Shown: one piece after another, positions 17,132 to 17,486 of the stretch
Layout of the letters: every line of letters begins with the position of its first letter
Numbering within the stretch: position 1 is the stretch's first letter
Assembly (NCBI GenBank): GCA_032128375.1
Contig: JAQBGU010000174.1
Coordinates: 1-17,486 of the forward strand
Length of the DNA: 17,486 nt
Source of the DNA: Deltaproteobacteria bacterium
GTDB lineage: Bacteria; Myxococcota_A; UBA9160; SMWR01
Direction: 5' to 3'
Notes under the pieces: model-generated
Told to the model about the DNA's origin: nothing
The model's input: the letters and a program-made list of their open reading frames with translations, nothing else
Databases searched by the model: none
Translations under genes and position numbers: made by a program

Positions 17132-17344
17132 CTACTTGATGAAGAGCATCTCCTGGTAGGTGGCGAGTGACCAGAGATCGTCGGCGACCACACCCTCGAG
17201 CTCGTCGGCCTTTTCGCGCACAGCCAGCATCGCGGGCAGAATCTCATCGCAGCAATGTTTGGCGTGAGCCAGCGTCGTCGCAGCGTCTCCGCCAGCCATC
17301 GCGGATTCCAGGCTCGCGATCGCCACCGACAGCGCGCCGACTAG
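17132..17344 (-). pseudogene. 3' end of a glutamine synthetase type III gene, cut off by unrelated sequence
   Basis: ILPAMLAVREKADELEGVVADDLWSLATYQEMLFIK-stop is the characteristic GS-III C-terminus. Similarity and GC-rich codon usage stop at about 17345, where more AT-rich sequence begins. Confidence 0.88.
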
Positions 17345-17486
17345 TCCTGAAATAAGCGTTCTTGAGTTGAAGTCTTGGGGATCGCGCACCAAAAACTCAG
17401 GAAATCTCTCATATTGGGATTTTACCGCACGTTAGGTAGCCCGATGGAAGTTGATTTCTGCTGTGTTTCCGAAGGTTTGTGCGCAG

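Noticed and set aside
17431..17437. GTTAGGT / ACCTAAC as another integron core site
   Set aside because: Isolated heptamer with no partner box or stem in the adjacent sequence.
1..17486. CRISPR array, integrase/transposase gene, reverse transcriptase or DGR-type repeats
   Set aside because: No regularly spaced repeats, long duplicated nucleotide segments or recombinase/RT motifs were visible by eye or in the ORF track.

Overview
High-GC bacterial window. A PEP-CTERM-type protein, a Ser/Thr kinase-cyclase, a P450 and a GS-III remnant suggest a Gram-negative, possibly Myxococcota-like host (inference only). It is a mosaic accessory region. Intact-looking genes: M23 peptidase (5' partial), type II NADH dehydrogenase, a small secreted/membrane protein, a tandem PDZ-M48 protease whose second module is probably inactive, a BrnT/BrnA-type toxin-antitoxin pair, two coupled lipoproteins, a DUF4236/TerB-like membrane protein, an atypical uracil-DNA-glycosylase-superfamily protein and an FG-GAP repeat surface protein. 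Between them lie many broken genes: a frameshifted CYP125-like P450, a frameshifted SprT-like protease, 3'-end-only remnants of a K+ channel, a DUF3427 helicase and glutamine synthetase III, and a kinase joined out of frame to a cyclase tail. The most notable signals are (i) integron-cassette boundaries around the TA pair with no integrase in the window, (ii) a probable decayed defence island at about 7.6-13.8 kb containing a candidate anti-phage DNA glycosylase, and (iii) a repeated pattern of minus-strand 3'-terminal gene remnants. No rRNA, complete tRNA or CRISPR array was seen. All family assignments come from motif recognition by eye, not from database searches.
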